This document shows positions 37,454-47,286 of a DNA stretch of 64,000 nucleotides, piece by piece. The stretch's first letter is position 1. The number at the start of each line of letters is the position of its first letter. The notes beneath the pieces are model-generated. The model had not been told where the DNA came from. It made no database searches and was given only the letters and a program-made list of their open reading frames with translations. The translations under genes were made by a program, and so were the position numbers. Location of the stretch: positions 4,412 through 68,411 of IMG/VR virus record IMGVR_UViG_3300042934_000631; one strand, 5' to 3'. The stretch is from a virus.

Positions 37454-38045
37454 TATCTCACTCTGCGGTAAGTTACGCTCCGGAAAGGACTCGGTCGCCG
37501 CCTATCTCGTACGCCAATACGGATACACGCGGTTTGCGTTCGGCGACGAGCTTAAGCGTTACTATCACGAGTTGTTTGGCGAAACGGGCACGAAGCCACG
37601 CGAAGGCTACCAATGGCTCGGTCAAACGATGCGGCAGCGTGATCCTGACGTTTGGGTGCGGAAGTGTTTCTCGGCGATTGATACGGAGGATAAGCGTTTC
37701 TATCGCGGACATCATCAAGTTCTCAATTCGAAAACACGCGAAGTGTTAATCGATGTTCCTGCGAATCCATTGCGCGCCGTCATCACGGACCTGCGCCAGC
37801 CTAACGAATACGACCGCTGCCGCGTTGAGGGCTTCGTCATCATCCGCGTAAATGCTCCGGAAGGCGTCCGTATTAATCGCGCGGTCGAGTCCGCTGATAC
37901 GTTCAATCTCGCCGACCTCCGACACGAAACTGAGTCGCACGTGGATACATTCGCTGTCGACTACGTGATCAATAACGACGGCACACTGGCGGAATTACAC
38001 GCGCAGATTGACGCAATTATGGCGCAGGTGAGCGCTGATGTCTAA
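37443..38045 (+). CDS. Deoxynucleoside monophosphate kinase
   Basis: GKLRSGKD; ITDLRQPNE; HETE; INNDG. Confidence 0.82.
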   Translation: MLPNISLCGKLRSGKDSVAAYLVRQYGYTRFAFGDELKRYYHELFGETGTKPREGYQWLGQTMRQRDPDVWVRKCFSAIDTEDKRFYRGHHQVLNSKTREVLIDVPANPLRAVITDLRQPNEYDRCRVEGFVIIRVNAPEGVRINRAVESADTFNLADLRHETESHVDTFAVDYVINNDGTLAELHAQIDAIMAQVSADV

Positions 38046-38238
38046 CGTACCACTTTCCGCACTCGACGCGTACCGTGCCGGCTATGCTGCGGGCTACTTT
38101 CGCGGAAGAATATCGGTTTTAACCGGTGAGGAATACGATGAGCGGACGGATGTTGAGCGCGGCGAGATTGCGGAGGAGACGGCGGATGGTACTGCGTTAG
38201 TTGATCCGTGGGATAACGAAAAAGGAACTACCGAATAG
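38038..38238 (+). CDS. Small hypothetical protein
   Basis: Coupled ORF. Confidence 0.5.
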   Translation: MSNVPLSALDAYRAGYAAGYFRGRISVLTGEEYDERTDVERGEIAEETADGTALVDPWDNEKGTTE

Positions 38239-38298
38239 ATAATTTCGCAAAATAGGCAATTGCGAAATCACGCTTTATAACGGTAGTTCCAATCGTTC

Positions 38299-38685
38299 TC
38301 ACTGCGTTCCCCGACCGTCAGGCGCCGCGTACCCTTCGCGCTTAAACATGAGCCATCCGTCGGCCTTACCGTCGTACACGTATTTCACAGGTTCGAACGG
38401 CAGCTGATGCTTGTTCATGAACACTTTAATATTCGCGTAATGGCGGCCGCGATCGAAGCTGACCGGATTGGCGTCGGACGGTCGCACAACGTCAGGCTTG
38501 CCGATTGCGATACGTTTATTAGCAGCGTCATAGCCTACGTAAAGTTTAATCGCGGAATCCTTGCACGATAACATCTCGACGAGGCCGGCGCTCATGCGGA
38601 CGCGCCCGAATTTATCAGACGTTAGGAAGGCGGCGCCACCGTGTGCGCCCGAATTTGCCCATACGTCGATTACGATTTTTGACAT
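38299..38685 (-). CDS. Hypothetical protein on the opposite strand
   Basis: GGAGG RBS; convergent hairpin at 38224-38290. Confidence 0.65.
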   Translation of the reverse strand: MSKIVIDVWANSGAHGGAAFLTSDKFGRVRMSAGLVEMLSCKDSAIKLYVGYDAANKRIAIGKPDVVRPSDANPVSFDRGRHYANIKVFMNKHQLPFEPVKYVYDGKADGWLMFKREGYAAPDGRGTQ

Positions 38686-38774
38686 GCGGAATCCTCCGTT
38701 TCTTGTACGAGTTATATAACGCTATTATACGCGGAGATTGACGCAAATACAACGCATAAAAGGAGCGGATTAAT

Positions 38775-39536
38775 ATCGGGGCCACGACTCCAAAATGGAC
38801 TGACAATCGATTCGACCGCTGGCTTGAGGGTAATTTACCAAACTATAGACGTACTGGTTCTGTTATTAACGTTCGCACACCAATACAGATGATGTGTGAA
38901 AGAGGGCATGAGATGAGTATGACGATAAACTCTCTCATTCATCGCGGATACCGATGTAAGAAGTGCTTTACAGAGGACGTTAGTAGAGGGGGTCCTAAGC
39001 ACATAAAGACTCAGGCGAAAACCCGAACGTTCTACGATACAAAATCATTCGGAGCTTTAGTCGAGCAGGACGGTTACAAATTGCTAACCGAATATTGCGG
39101 AACAAAGTCATATGTAACCCTAAAGTGCGCCGAACCTTTACATCCGGAATACAAGGTCGTCCCAGGTGCTTTCATCCATAAAGGCCATAGGTGTCCAGAG
39201 TGTGCCCTCGCTAAGAGGCGTGGACTATCTGAGGCTTACCAGGCCACAAAATTGGAGCGAAGTCGCTACAAATCTAAGAAATGGTCTACAGATGTACGTA
39301 GAGCGCACGGAAACGCTTGTCAATACTGCCGATCGGCCAACAAGAAATTAGTAGCCCATCACATTTTTAGCTGGGAAAATGCTGCGCACTTGCGTTACGA
39401 AGTTGAAAACGGGGCTTGTCTTTGTGAAGGGTGCCATACTCACTTTCATAACTCGTACGGTTGCGGCAACAACACGCTAGAACAGTTCGAAGAATGGTTA
39501 CCTAAAAAGGGGGAATCAGCGAGTGGGGTCTTGTAA
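38775..39536 (+). CDS. Zinc-finger/HNH endonuclease-like protein (probable ATC start)
   Basis: CxxGH..CxxC repeats; CQYC..AHHI...NGACLCEGCH..FH. Confidence 0.75.
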   Translation: MGATTPKWTDNRFDRWLEGNLPNYRRTGSVINVRTPIQMMCERGHEMSMTINSLIHRGYRCKKCFTEDVSRGGPKHIKTQAKTRTFYDTKSFGALVEQDGYKLLTEYCGTKSYVTLKCAEPLHPEYKVVPGAFIHKGHRCPECALAKRRGLSEAYQATKLERSRYKSKKWSTDVRRAHGNACQYCRSANKKLVAHHIFSWENAAHLRYEVENGACLCEGCHTHFHNSYGCGNNTLEQFEEWLPKKGESASGVL

Positions 39537-39924
39537 AGTGGACATCGGCGAAAAAGGACGTAAATACGAGCAAAGTTACGCGCTAAATACTGCGAAAGGC
39601 GTGGCGATGCTATTGCGTGATCGTCACAGAATCTCGGAGCGACGTTTTAAAGGTGATACTGACGCATCCTGCATCATCATCGATCTCCATAGCGCAATAG
39701 AGAGCGCCGGCCTTACCGAGCGCCAGGCGGAATCGGTTGCGTGGGTTTACGGGCAGGACCTGACACAAACGGAGGCGGCGCGGATTATGGGCGTATCGCA
39801 GCAGGCGGTTAAGCAATCGATAGATGCTGCAGCCGAGCGGATATCTACTGTGTTTAGCCGGTGGGATTACGGCGAGGTTACAGTCGAAATGAACGAACAG
39901 GAGGCGCAGGATGACGAAGAATAA
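39523..39924 (+). CDS. Sigma-70 region 4-like HTH regulator (possible late activator)
   Basis: LTERQ...DLTQTEAARIMGVSQQAV. Confidence 0.75.
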   Translation: MGSCKVDIGEKGRKYEQSYALNTAKGVAMLLRDRHRISERRFKGDTDASCIIIDLHSAIESAGLTERQAESVAWVYGQDLTQTEAARIMGVSQQAVKQSIDAAAERISTVFSRWDYGEVTVEMNEQEAQDDEE

Positions 39925-40444
39925 ACATGCATTTGCGGAAGAGGTTACAGCGCTCATTCAGCGCAATATCACGGACAGAAGTGAGCGCATGGCCGCAATT
40001 AATGCGCTGACTGACGAGTACGATCGTGCTGACATGGATGTCACGCAATTAGAGCGCCTGACGGATCACATTTTTCGCGAGGAGTTAACGGACACATACC
40101 GCGGCAAGTCAATATGCGTTGAGTACCCGTTTTTAAGCGAGCGCCAGCTAACCACGCGAAGAAATGGCGAGGTAGGTGCCAAAATAGCGGAGGATTACGG
40201 CACAGATAGACGAAATTACTCTGTCCCAAAACGCCGTCTGCGCAATTCTTACGAGAATAACTACGTTGATACACACGCGAAGTCACGTAATAAAGCGAGG
40301 GCTGCGCAGTATAAGCGCGATACATCATCGAGCGATGTCGTACCGTATAATCTGCGCGACACTAGCGGTGAGTTGGCGCCGGAGTTTGTCGCGTGCCGCG
40401 GCTTAGGTGAGCGGTGGAAAAACGGACTAGGCTTCGTCAACTAG
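39911..40444 (+). CDS. Hypothetical phage protein
   Basis: GGAGG RBS; EYPFLSERQL motif. Confidence 0.6.
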   Translation: MTKNKHAFAEEVTALIQRNITDRSERMAAINALTDEYDRADMDVTQLERLTDHIFREELTDTYRGKSICVEYPFLSERQLTTRRNGEVGAKIAEDYGTDRRNYSVPKRRLRNSYENNYVDTHAKSRNKARAAQYKRDTSSSDVVPYNLRDTSGELAPEFVACRGLGERWKNGLGFVN

Positions 40445-40636
40445 CGTAAGTAAATCAGCGATACTGCAGCCGAAATAAGCGCATAGCTTTGCGAGTAGGT
40501 CGCGTGGGTAACGTTCGACTTCGTCATTGTACATTTGACGTACGGATTCGAATCGGTAATCTATATCTCGCGCGATCTCGCGAATGCTAACGCCGCGCGC
40601 TTCGGAAAGCTGGCGCAAGTTTGAGCGAATGTTCAA
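40427..40636 (-). CDS. Xre/HTH_26 transcriptional regulator
   Basis: GVSIREIARDI...LAKLCAYFGCSIADLL. Confidence 0.8.
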   Translation of the reverse strand: MNIRSNLRQLSEARGVSIREIARDIDYRFESVRQMYNDEVERYPRDLLAKLCAYFGCSIADLLTLVDEA

Positions 40637-40666
40637 CGGAATCACCTCCGAAAATAAATATATCCC

Positions 40667-40752
40667 GACACGTAAAAAGTGTCAATTGGCTGTTGACACG
40701 ATAAACGAGTCATGATATATTTGGTTTATAGGAACGACTCGTTTAACGAGTC
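40667..40752. promoter_or_regulatory. Three 17-bp palindromic operators overlapping a divergent promoter
   Basis: GACACGTAAAAAGTGTC, GACACGATAAACGAGTC, GACTCGTTTAACGAGTC; TTGACA at 40693. Confidence 0.7.
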
Positions 40753-40774
40753 GAATAAATGGAGGTAATGACTT

Positions 40775-41200
40775 ATGATTATCGTTAACACGTGCGAGTG
40801 CGGTAAGAAATACCCGGAGACAGCAGCAAAATTCTCTACAGAAGGATACGCTTTTTGCTCAAAAGAATGCGTTGCTAATTATGACATTCCTCTTAAAACC
40901 ATTTCCCTTTCGGCTCATGCTTGGGATTACGCAGCAGAGTTTAAGGTTTCAGGCGTCCGTGGAAGTGTCAGCCTTCACCGCGATTATAACAAGGTTGGTG
41001 ACGGAATCTATTGGGGTATGCAGTCCGGGGCGATACTCAAAGCGACATACACACCCGAAGAAATAGCGCACCGTGAACGCATGAAAACATTAGAGCCGAT
41101 CAACAACGGGGAATTAGTATTGATTGACGGCGAAAAGTATCAAGCGCGAATTCTGGGTAATTTTTCGGATTGCGTGATATTCGATAAATTGGAGGGCTGA
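40775..41200 (+). CDS. Hypothetical protein with an N-terminal zinc site
   Basis: CECG...FCSKEC; GGAGG RBS. Confidence 0.65.
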   Translation: MIIVNTCECGKKYPETAAKFSTEGYAFCSKECVANYDIPLKTISLSAHAWDYAAEFKVSGVRGSVSLHRDYNKVGDGIYWGMQSGAILKATYTPEEIAHRERMKTLEPINNGELVLIDGEKYQARILGNFSDCVIFDKLEG

Positions 41201-41205
41201 TCGGA

Positions 41206-41304
41206 ATGTACCATCACGGAAAACGAATGAACGGCCGCCTTTACGTAAAGACTCGCGCCGGAAACTGGGTTGACCTGCGGTTAATTTCCGCGGATATCGT
41301 ATAA
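41206..41304 (+). CDS. Small hypothetical protein (32 aa)
   Basis: GGAGG RBS. Confidence 0.45.
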   Translation: MYHHGKRMNGRLYVKTRAGNWVDLRLISADIV

Positions 41305-41335
41305 TTTACCGCTGTATGCTGACTTATATTATGCA

Positions 41336-41370
41336 GGACGTTTAGCCAACGATGGCTGAGCGTCTTTTTT
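41336..41370 (+). terminator. Rho-independent terminator
   Basis: GGACGTTTAGCCA...TGGCTGAGCGTC plus T run. Confidence 0.75.
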
Positions 41371-41408
41371 GCGTTGGCCTAAACTTACGAAAAAGGGGAT
41401 CGTTATAA

Positions 41409-42245
41409 ATGACGTTAGAACGCAGTATTAATCCGGAAACTGGCGAAATAGGTACGTTTGTACCTGATGGAGAGGGCTATACGATTCAATCGCAAGAACA
41501 GCGCGAAGCAGGTCGCCGTTATTTCGAGGGTCTACGCAATCCAATTAGCGGAGGCCGCAGCGTTGATTTTACATTTACCGCGATGGAGGCGATTGGCGAG
41601 GTTATTAGCGTGCTTTCGACGGCACAGTGCGGCTTTCTCGCGGTCATCCAGTGTTACGTTAACTACGATTCAAACGCGCTTATTAACGCGGATAAAACGC
41701 CTATGAGCACGGCCGACATGATGCGCGCGCTAAAACTCGAACGGAAGCGCTCGACCTTCTACGCGTTCCTGGCGGCGGCACAGGAGCATGCAATTATTAC
41801 GGTAGATGACAGCTGCTTTTCCGTCAATCCTCGCTACCATTTCCGCGGTTCTGCGCGCGATACGAGCGTTATACGTACATATACTGCGAAGATTAAGCAA
41901 ACGTACACTAGCGCGAAACAGGCGGCCGATATCGGGCTTATATACCGCATGCTACCGTTTGTTAATTACGAAATGAACGCGCTATGCTCGAATCCTACCG
42001 AAAGGGATCCGCGAAAAGTTGACTGGTTCAATCGTAAGCAGCTGGCGGAGGCGATCGGCATTAGCGAGGCGGAACTAACGAAGAGAATCCGCAGACTTAC
42101 GGCTGGTGACGAGTATGTAGTCGCGCGAATCAACGTGGGCGGCGAGACAATGTACGTATTCAATCCACTAGTATTCAAGCGTAATAGCCGGCCGCTCAAT
42201 CACACGGAGCAATTTATGTTCAACGTTAAGTATAAGCGCGGATAA
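41409..42245 (+). CDS. RepL-like / winged-HTH DNA-binding protein
   Basis: INPETGE N-terminal motif; two wHTH units each ending in 'NP'. Confidence 0.5.
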   Translation: MTLERSINPETGEIGTFVPDGEGYTIQSQEQREAGRRYFEGLRNPISGGRSVDFTFTAMEAIGEVISVLSTAQCGFLAVIQCYVNYDSNALINADKTPMSTADMMRALKLERKRSTFYAFLAAAQEHAIITVDDSCFSVNPRYHFRGSARDTSVIRTYTAKIKQTYTSAKQAADIGLIYRMLPFVNYEMNALCSNPTERDPRKVDWFNRKQLAEAIGISEAELTKRIRRLTAGDEYVVARINVGGETMYVFNPLVFKRNSRPLNHTEQFMFNVKYKRG

Positions 42246-42296
42246 AACGTGTGCTTATTTGGACAAATCGCCCGAAAACGTGTGCTTATTTGGACA
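42244..42296 (+). repeat. Two exact 22-bp direct repeats (iteron-like)
   Basis: AAAACGTGTGCTTATTTGGACA at 42244 and 42275. Confidence 0.8.
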
Positions 42297-42570
42297 CGTA
42301 AAAAAGCCTAAATCCCGCGTGGGACTAAGTGAGTCGGCGTTTTGGGTGCGAAATTATTTCTTAGTCTTATAGATGGCGCGGTGCTCCGTACGCGTAAACG
42401 TAGATGTATACGTAAACATCGCGCGATTACTTGTATTGTGAGTCCGTATGCTGTATTACGTTATGAAACGATTCACAATATTCACAATTAATTCGCGAGG
42501 AACGTAGTGACGAAGCGGACGGGGCGCAGTTCCCCGTTATTCTTTTAATATAACGGAGGTGAACGTTAAT

Positions 42571-42966
42571 ATGGCGAAAATACTTAGCGCTGAACAGATG
42601 ATCGCGATCGAATGGTTGTCGAAGCCGAAAAAAGGCGGTAAGACATTCGAAGAAATCGCGGAAATTTGCGGCGTCCATCCGAACACAATCGGTAACTGGC
42701 GTAAGGATAAGACGTTTGATGCGGAATTGAAACGGACTATTGTACGCGAAAATAGCGATAAGCTACCGGAATTGGTCGCGTCATTAACGGATTTAGCTAT
42801 TCGCGGAGATGGTAACGCGGCCTTTGCGAAACTAGCGCTGCAGGTTAACGGAATGTTGACGGATAAGCTCGAAGTGGAAACGAAGGATAGCGGAGATACG
42901 GATATTGACGCTATAAAGGCGAGGCTGGCTGCGTACAAAGAACGGAATAAGGGAAGCGAAGGTTAA
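42571..42966 (+). CDS. Terminase small subunit (phBC6A51-type HTH)
   Basis: KTFEEIAEICGVHPNTIGNWRKDKTF; upstream of the large terminase. Confidence 0.7.
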   Translation: MAKILSAEQMIAIEWLSKPKKGGKTFEEIAEICGVHPNTIGNWRKDKTFDAELKRTIVRENSDKLPELVASLTDLAIRGDGNAAFAKLALQVNGMLTDKLEVETKDSGDTDIDAIKARLAAYKERNKGSEG

Positions 42967-43677
42967 CGTTAAGGTATCGTATTCACAACGCGTACGTTTT
43001 TATACGCATATAATGGAAGGAATACGTTTGCGAACGTATGTGTAACGTTGTGAATAGCGAATTATTATCGGGGAGAAGCCATTTTTACGCGCCTGGTCCG
43101 GAATTTTTCACGTTTAAGCTACGTTAAAAATAACTGTTGACAACGGACGATATACGTGATCTAAGCGGACAGGCTGCGCTGCATAAAAATCGTATGAAAA
43201 TAATCGTTGACACGCGCGAATAAATGTGTATGTGCGTTTTTATGCACGTATGAATGTATATTTATGCGTATGCATAACGAATGTATAAACGAATGGGCGT
43301 ATATACGCGCCAGAAATGCCGTTGTTACGCGGTTTTATAGGCGTGGTGCGGGTTTCATGGCGTAGGTACATATGTACAAAACACGTATTTTATACACATG
43401 TCTGCGCGTATTTATGCATAAACGATGTATAAGAATTATTCGTTAAATAACGCTTGACAAATACATGGCGCTATGATCCGCACATACTACGCGAAAATAA
43501 ACGCTTGACAACGTATTGAACGTGTGATTCACGCATGATATCGCAGCTGAGCACGATCGAACGGTCGATTCCGTGACCCCCAAGGCACCCCGTCATAATG
43601 TGCGGAATCAGGTGCGGAGAAAATCCGCGTATCAAAATTAACGTTTGACTTTCGCAGACTAAAGCGTAGGGGCCGCA

Positions 43678-43812
43678 ATGTTAACGATAATCACCGTAAT
43701 CGGTATCGTTTTTCTCGCAATATGCGCGTATCAGGACGTAACCGACCGAAAGATTCCGTTTCCCAGCGCTTTCGAAACGATGGATGAGTACCGCCGGAAG
43801 TATTTACGTTAG
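43678..43812 (+). CDS. Small membrane protein (44 aa)
   Basis: AGGGG RBS; N-terminal TM then DVTDRKIP. Confidence 0.45.
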   Translation: MLTIITVIGIVFLAICAYQDVTDRKIPFPSAFETMDEYRRKYLR

Positions 43813-43932
43813 TTTATTACGCAGTTTTACCGTGAAATTACCGCTTTATACCGTAATCTTAACCGAATACCTTACCGCAATAGAAATCGCGTTATTTTAC
43901 GCTAATTATACGCTCAAAAGGAGGACGCCGCC

Positions 43933-45666
43933 ATAGCGTGGATAAACAATCGTTGGCATAACCGCAAGGAACGCGAAGAATTAGTCGCCAGTTACCGCGA
44001 ATTAGTCGACGCTATGGTCGCGCAGCCCTCGTTAACTGGCGACGAACTAGCGGACATTGACCGCTATCTTACCGAAATCGAACGTTTAGAACGCATATCA
44101 CGCGCTGAAACGGACTTACTCTACTTCGCGTACGAGTACTTTGGCGAAATTTACAACGCAGACAACAGCGGAAACTGGATTCCGGTCGAAATCGGCGAGG
44201 CTCCGGCCTTCCACGGTGAGATTTGCGACATCATGAACGTAGTTTCTACGCGTGAAATTAACGCGAAGATTGCGGTAGCGGCACCGCGTTCGCACGCCAA
44301 ATCGTCGTTTCTATCGAAGGCGTTCCCGATACATGAGCTCGTTTTCCGAAAACGGAAATACGTCATCATTATTTCGGAGACGCCGCAAGTATCGACGGGG
44401 AACATGGAGTGGCTATCGCTGCAGCTTAAGTCGAACGATAAGCTTCGCGCTGACTTCGGTCCGCTATTATCCGCGAAACAGCAGGAGAACCCGAAGGATA
44501 ACTCGTCGGAATTCATCGCGTGGGAGCCTCGCCAGGACGGCAGCCAGCGCTTATTATGCCGCGTAGAGGCCGCCTCAACCGGTCAGGCGCTCCGTGGGCG
44601 TAACTGGAACGGGACGCGGCCGGATTTAATTATCTGCGATGACCTCGAAGGTAAAAAGAATACGAATACGGAGCAACTTCGGACGGAAATGCGCGATTGG
44701 TTTACACAGGTCGTGATTCCGCTCGGTGATCCAGCAGGAAAACGGACGGCCTTCGTATACATGGGGACGATGGTCCATCACGATTCGTTACTGCGCTACG
44801 TCATGGAGAAGCGGTCGGACTTTAAAACGAAGCTATTCCGCGCGATCATCGAATGGCCTGAGCGGATGGACTTGTGGGAAGCGTGCCGCCTCGTTTACAT
44901 CGATCGCGATAATCCGAAGCGCGCCGACGAAGCGCAGGCCCTCTACGAACTGAATCGATCAGAGATGGACCGCGGTTCGACCGTACTGTGGCCGGACGTG
45001 CAGCCGCTGTGGAAGCTGATGCAGTGGAAATGGGATAACGGAAGCAAAGCGTTCAACACGGAGTATATGAATAATCCGGTTGACGAGGAAAATATGGTGT
45101 TTAATCCGGATAAGTTTACGTACTACGACGGACTTCGCGACGATTTCCCTGCGTCCGAGTTCGATATATTTCTCGGATGTGATTTCGCCATGGGCAAAAC
45201 CCGTGGTGACTATAGCGCAATTGTTACGGTGGCAAAACACCGCAGCAGTGGCGCTATTTTTGTTATCGACGCGTGGGGCGAGCGCGTTCATCCGGACGTG
45301 TTCTTGCGCGTGATCGTTGATAAGGTGATCCGCTACCAACCGGCAGGAATCGCGGCAGAAGCGCAGGCGGCGCAGGAATTCTTCGTACACAAACTCAAAG
45401 AAGCGCTGCGGGCGGCAGGCTATCCGGCGAATAATCGCGTTAAGGAAATTCACCAACGCACACGTAAGGAGCTACGTATTGAGGCGATGGCGCCCGATAT
45501 CGAGAACGGCACGATTCGATTCTCGCGCAAGCACGCGTTACTACTCGAACAATTCGAGCTATACGGAAGCGGAACGCATGACGATCTACCGGACGCTATG
45601 GAAATGGCGGTCAGCATCGCAAAAAACGGACGCAAGCAAGTAACGAATAAGCCCGCGTGGCTATAA
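43933..45666 (+). CDS. Terminase large subunit (probable ATA start)
   Basis: APRSHAKS Walker A; RPDLIICDDLE; EYMNNP; CDFAMG; HDDLPDA. Confidence 0.92.
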   Translation: MAWINNRWHNRKEREELVASYRELVDAMVAQPSLTGDELADIDRYLTEIERLERISRAETDLLYFAYEYFGEIYNADNSGNWIPVEIGEAPAFHGEICDIMNVVSTREINAKIAVAAPRSHAKSSFLSKAFPIHELVFRKRKYVIIISETPQVSTGNMEWLSLQLKSNDKLRADFGPLLSAKQQENPKDNSSEFIAWEPRQDGSQRLLCRVEAASTGQALRGRNWNGTRPDLIICDDLEGKKNTNTEQLRTEMRDWFTQVVIPLGDPAGKRTAFVYMGTMVHHDSLLRYVMEKRSDFKTKLFRAIIEWPERMDLWEACRLVYIDRDNPKRADEAQALYELNRSEMDRGSTVLWPDVQPLWKLMQWKWDNGSKAFNTEYMNNPVDEENMVFNPDKFTYYDGLRDDFPASEFDIFLGCDFAMGKTRGDYSAIVTVAKHRSSGAIFVIDAWGERVHPDVFLRVIVDKVIRYQPAGIAAEAQAAQEFFVHKLKEALRAAGYPANNRVKEIHQRTRKELRIEAMAPDIENGTIRFSRKHALLLEQFELYGSGTHDDLPDAMEMAVSIAKNGRKQVTNKPAWL

Positions 45667-45684
45667 CGAAAGGAGGCGGTCAGA

Positions 45685-47286
45685 ATCGCGCCAATTACAC
45701 AGTGGTTTCAGCGTAAAAATTATTCCGTCGAAACGTCAGGCAACGTAACAGAAGTCTACCAGAGCGGCGGACTCTTTTATACAGGCGGTATGTTTCCGCC
45801 ACCAAACGAGATCGAACGGCTGGCGAAGTATTATCGCGGACGCAAGATATTCGACGGTAAGCAATACGAATTGGTGGCGCGCATGAGCGACCTCCTTAAG
45901 GATACGCCACATGCGGCACAACTCGAAAAATTATATATGGCCGTAAATATTATGGACGTACTCCTAACGAAGCCGGCCGACATGCTCGTAGGGGAGCCGC
46001 CAACATACGATTCCGTTAAAGGCGCGGATAGTCCCGAACAGAAGGCTGTAAACAGCATCGTAGAGGAAAACGATCTCAATCAGCTAGTCCACGAGATCAC
46101 GATCGGCGCCGGCATACGGGGCGACTCCGTTATTAAAGAGTATTACGGATATCGGCAGGATTTCACGGAAGTGCCCGGCGGCATTCCCGAAGGAATCGCA
46201 AAAGAACCGATTATCGAAGCGGTCAATCCGGCGTATTTCTTTCCGGAGTTATCGCACCACTCCGCGAAAAAGTTTAAAGCGGTTAATATCGCGACGGTCG
46301 AGTGGGTTTATTCGCAATCAGACGGCGAGATTCCGTATCTTAACGTTGAGAGACACGTTCCTGGCTACATCATCTACGAACGCTATCGGTTGACGAAACA
46401 GGGCGTAGACAATTCGTTTGGCGCGCCGATTCTAACGTTTATTATTGGCGACAAGGTATCGACTGGACGCGACAAAGACGTCGTTGAGACGGGCGTTCCG
46501 CAAATCCTCGTGCAGCACATTCCGTACAAGTCGGTCGACGATCATTGGGCGGGAATCAGCGGTATCGAAAAGATCGAATCGATACTGGCCGCGATCAATG
46601 ATACGCTCGTGCAGCTCGATTACATTTTACACAAACACTCCGATCCTACCGCGTACGGACCGCCTCTTGACGGCGTCAACGTTAGGATGGGCGGAAAATA
46701 TATCGATGTTGAAAAGACAGATGTTGTTCCCGGTTACATGGCGTTCTTGTCATCGCAGCAGCTCGACGGAATCTTTAAGGAGCTCGATCTTCTTATCGGA
46801 CTCGTATTCCAGATGAGCGAAACGCCGCAGTGGTTATTCGGCACGCAAATATCCGGAGGCTCCGACGGCGGAACCGGCACCTCACACTCGGACGGCGGCG
46901 CCATTAAAGCGCGCTTTATGCCGGTGCTGACGAAGGTTAAACGGATCCGCTCGCATGTTGATCGCGCAATTCGTGACGCGATCTACAACGCGCAGCAGCT
47001 TGAAATCTTCGCAAACGATGGCGTTGATGGCTTCGTTGAATATACGCCAGTTTATCCGAAGATTATGTGGAAAGACGGTATCCCACGCGATGAGAAGGCC
47101 GAAGCTGAGACGATGCAGATTAGAACGGGTGGTCACGCTACGATCGACGTAAAATCCGCGATTAAGCGAATGGACGGCATTGACGACGCGCAGGCTGACG
47201 AAATCATGACGCGTATCGAAGACGATACGACGCGCGTTAACGGCACGGTCGATTCTACGATATTCAACGGCGGCGGTGGCGCTTAA
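45685..47286 (+). CDS. Portal protein, SPP1-like (probable ATC start)
   Basis: Position after terL; about 500 aa; GISGIEKI...IND; SETPQWLFG. Confidence 0.85.
   Translation: MAPITQWFQRKNYSVETSGNVTEVYQSGGLFYTGGMFPPPNEIERLAKYYRGRKIFDGKQYELVARMSDLLKDTPHAAQLEKLYMAVNIMDVLLTKPADMLVGEPPTYDSVKGADSPEQKAVNSIVEENDLNQLVHEITIGAGIRGDSVIKEYYGYRQDFTEVPGGIPEGIAKEPIIEAVNPAYFFPELSHHSAKKFKAVNIATVEWVYSQSDGEIPYLNVERHVPGYIIYERYRLTKQGVDNSFGAPILTFIIGDKVSTGRDKDVVETGVPQILVQHIPYKSVDDHWAGISGIEKIESILAAINDTLVQLDYILHKHSDPTAYGPPLDGVNVRMGGKYIDVEKTDVVPGYMAFLSSQQLDGIFKELDLLIGLVFQMSETPQWLFGTQISGGSDGGTGTSHSDGGAIKARFMPVLTKVKRIRSHVDRAIRDAIYNAQQLEIFANDGVDGFVEYTPVYPKIMWKDGIPRDEKAEAETMQIRTGGHATIDVKSAIKRMDGIDDAQADEIMTRIEDDTTRVNGTVDSTIFNGGGGA

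Noticed and set aside
42244-42296. Mini-CRISPR array
   Set aside because: Only two repeats with a 9-bp spacer, far too short
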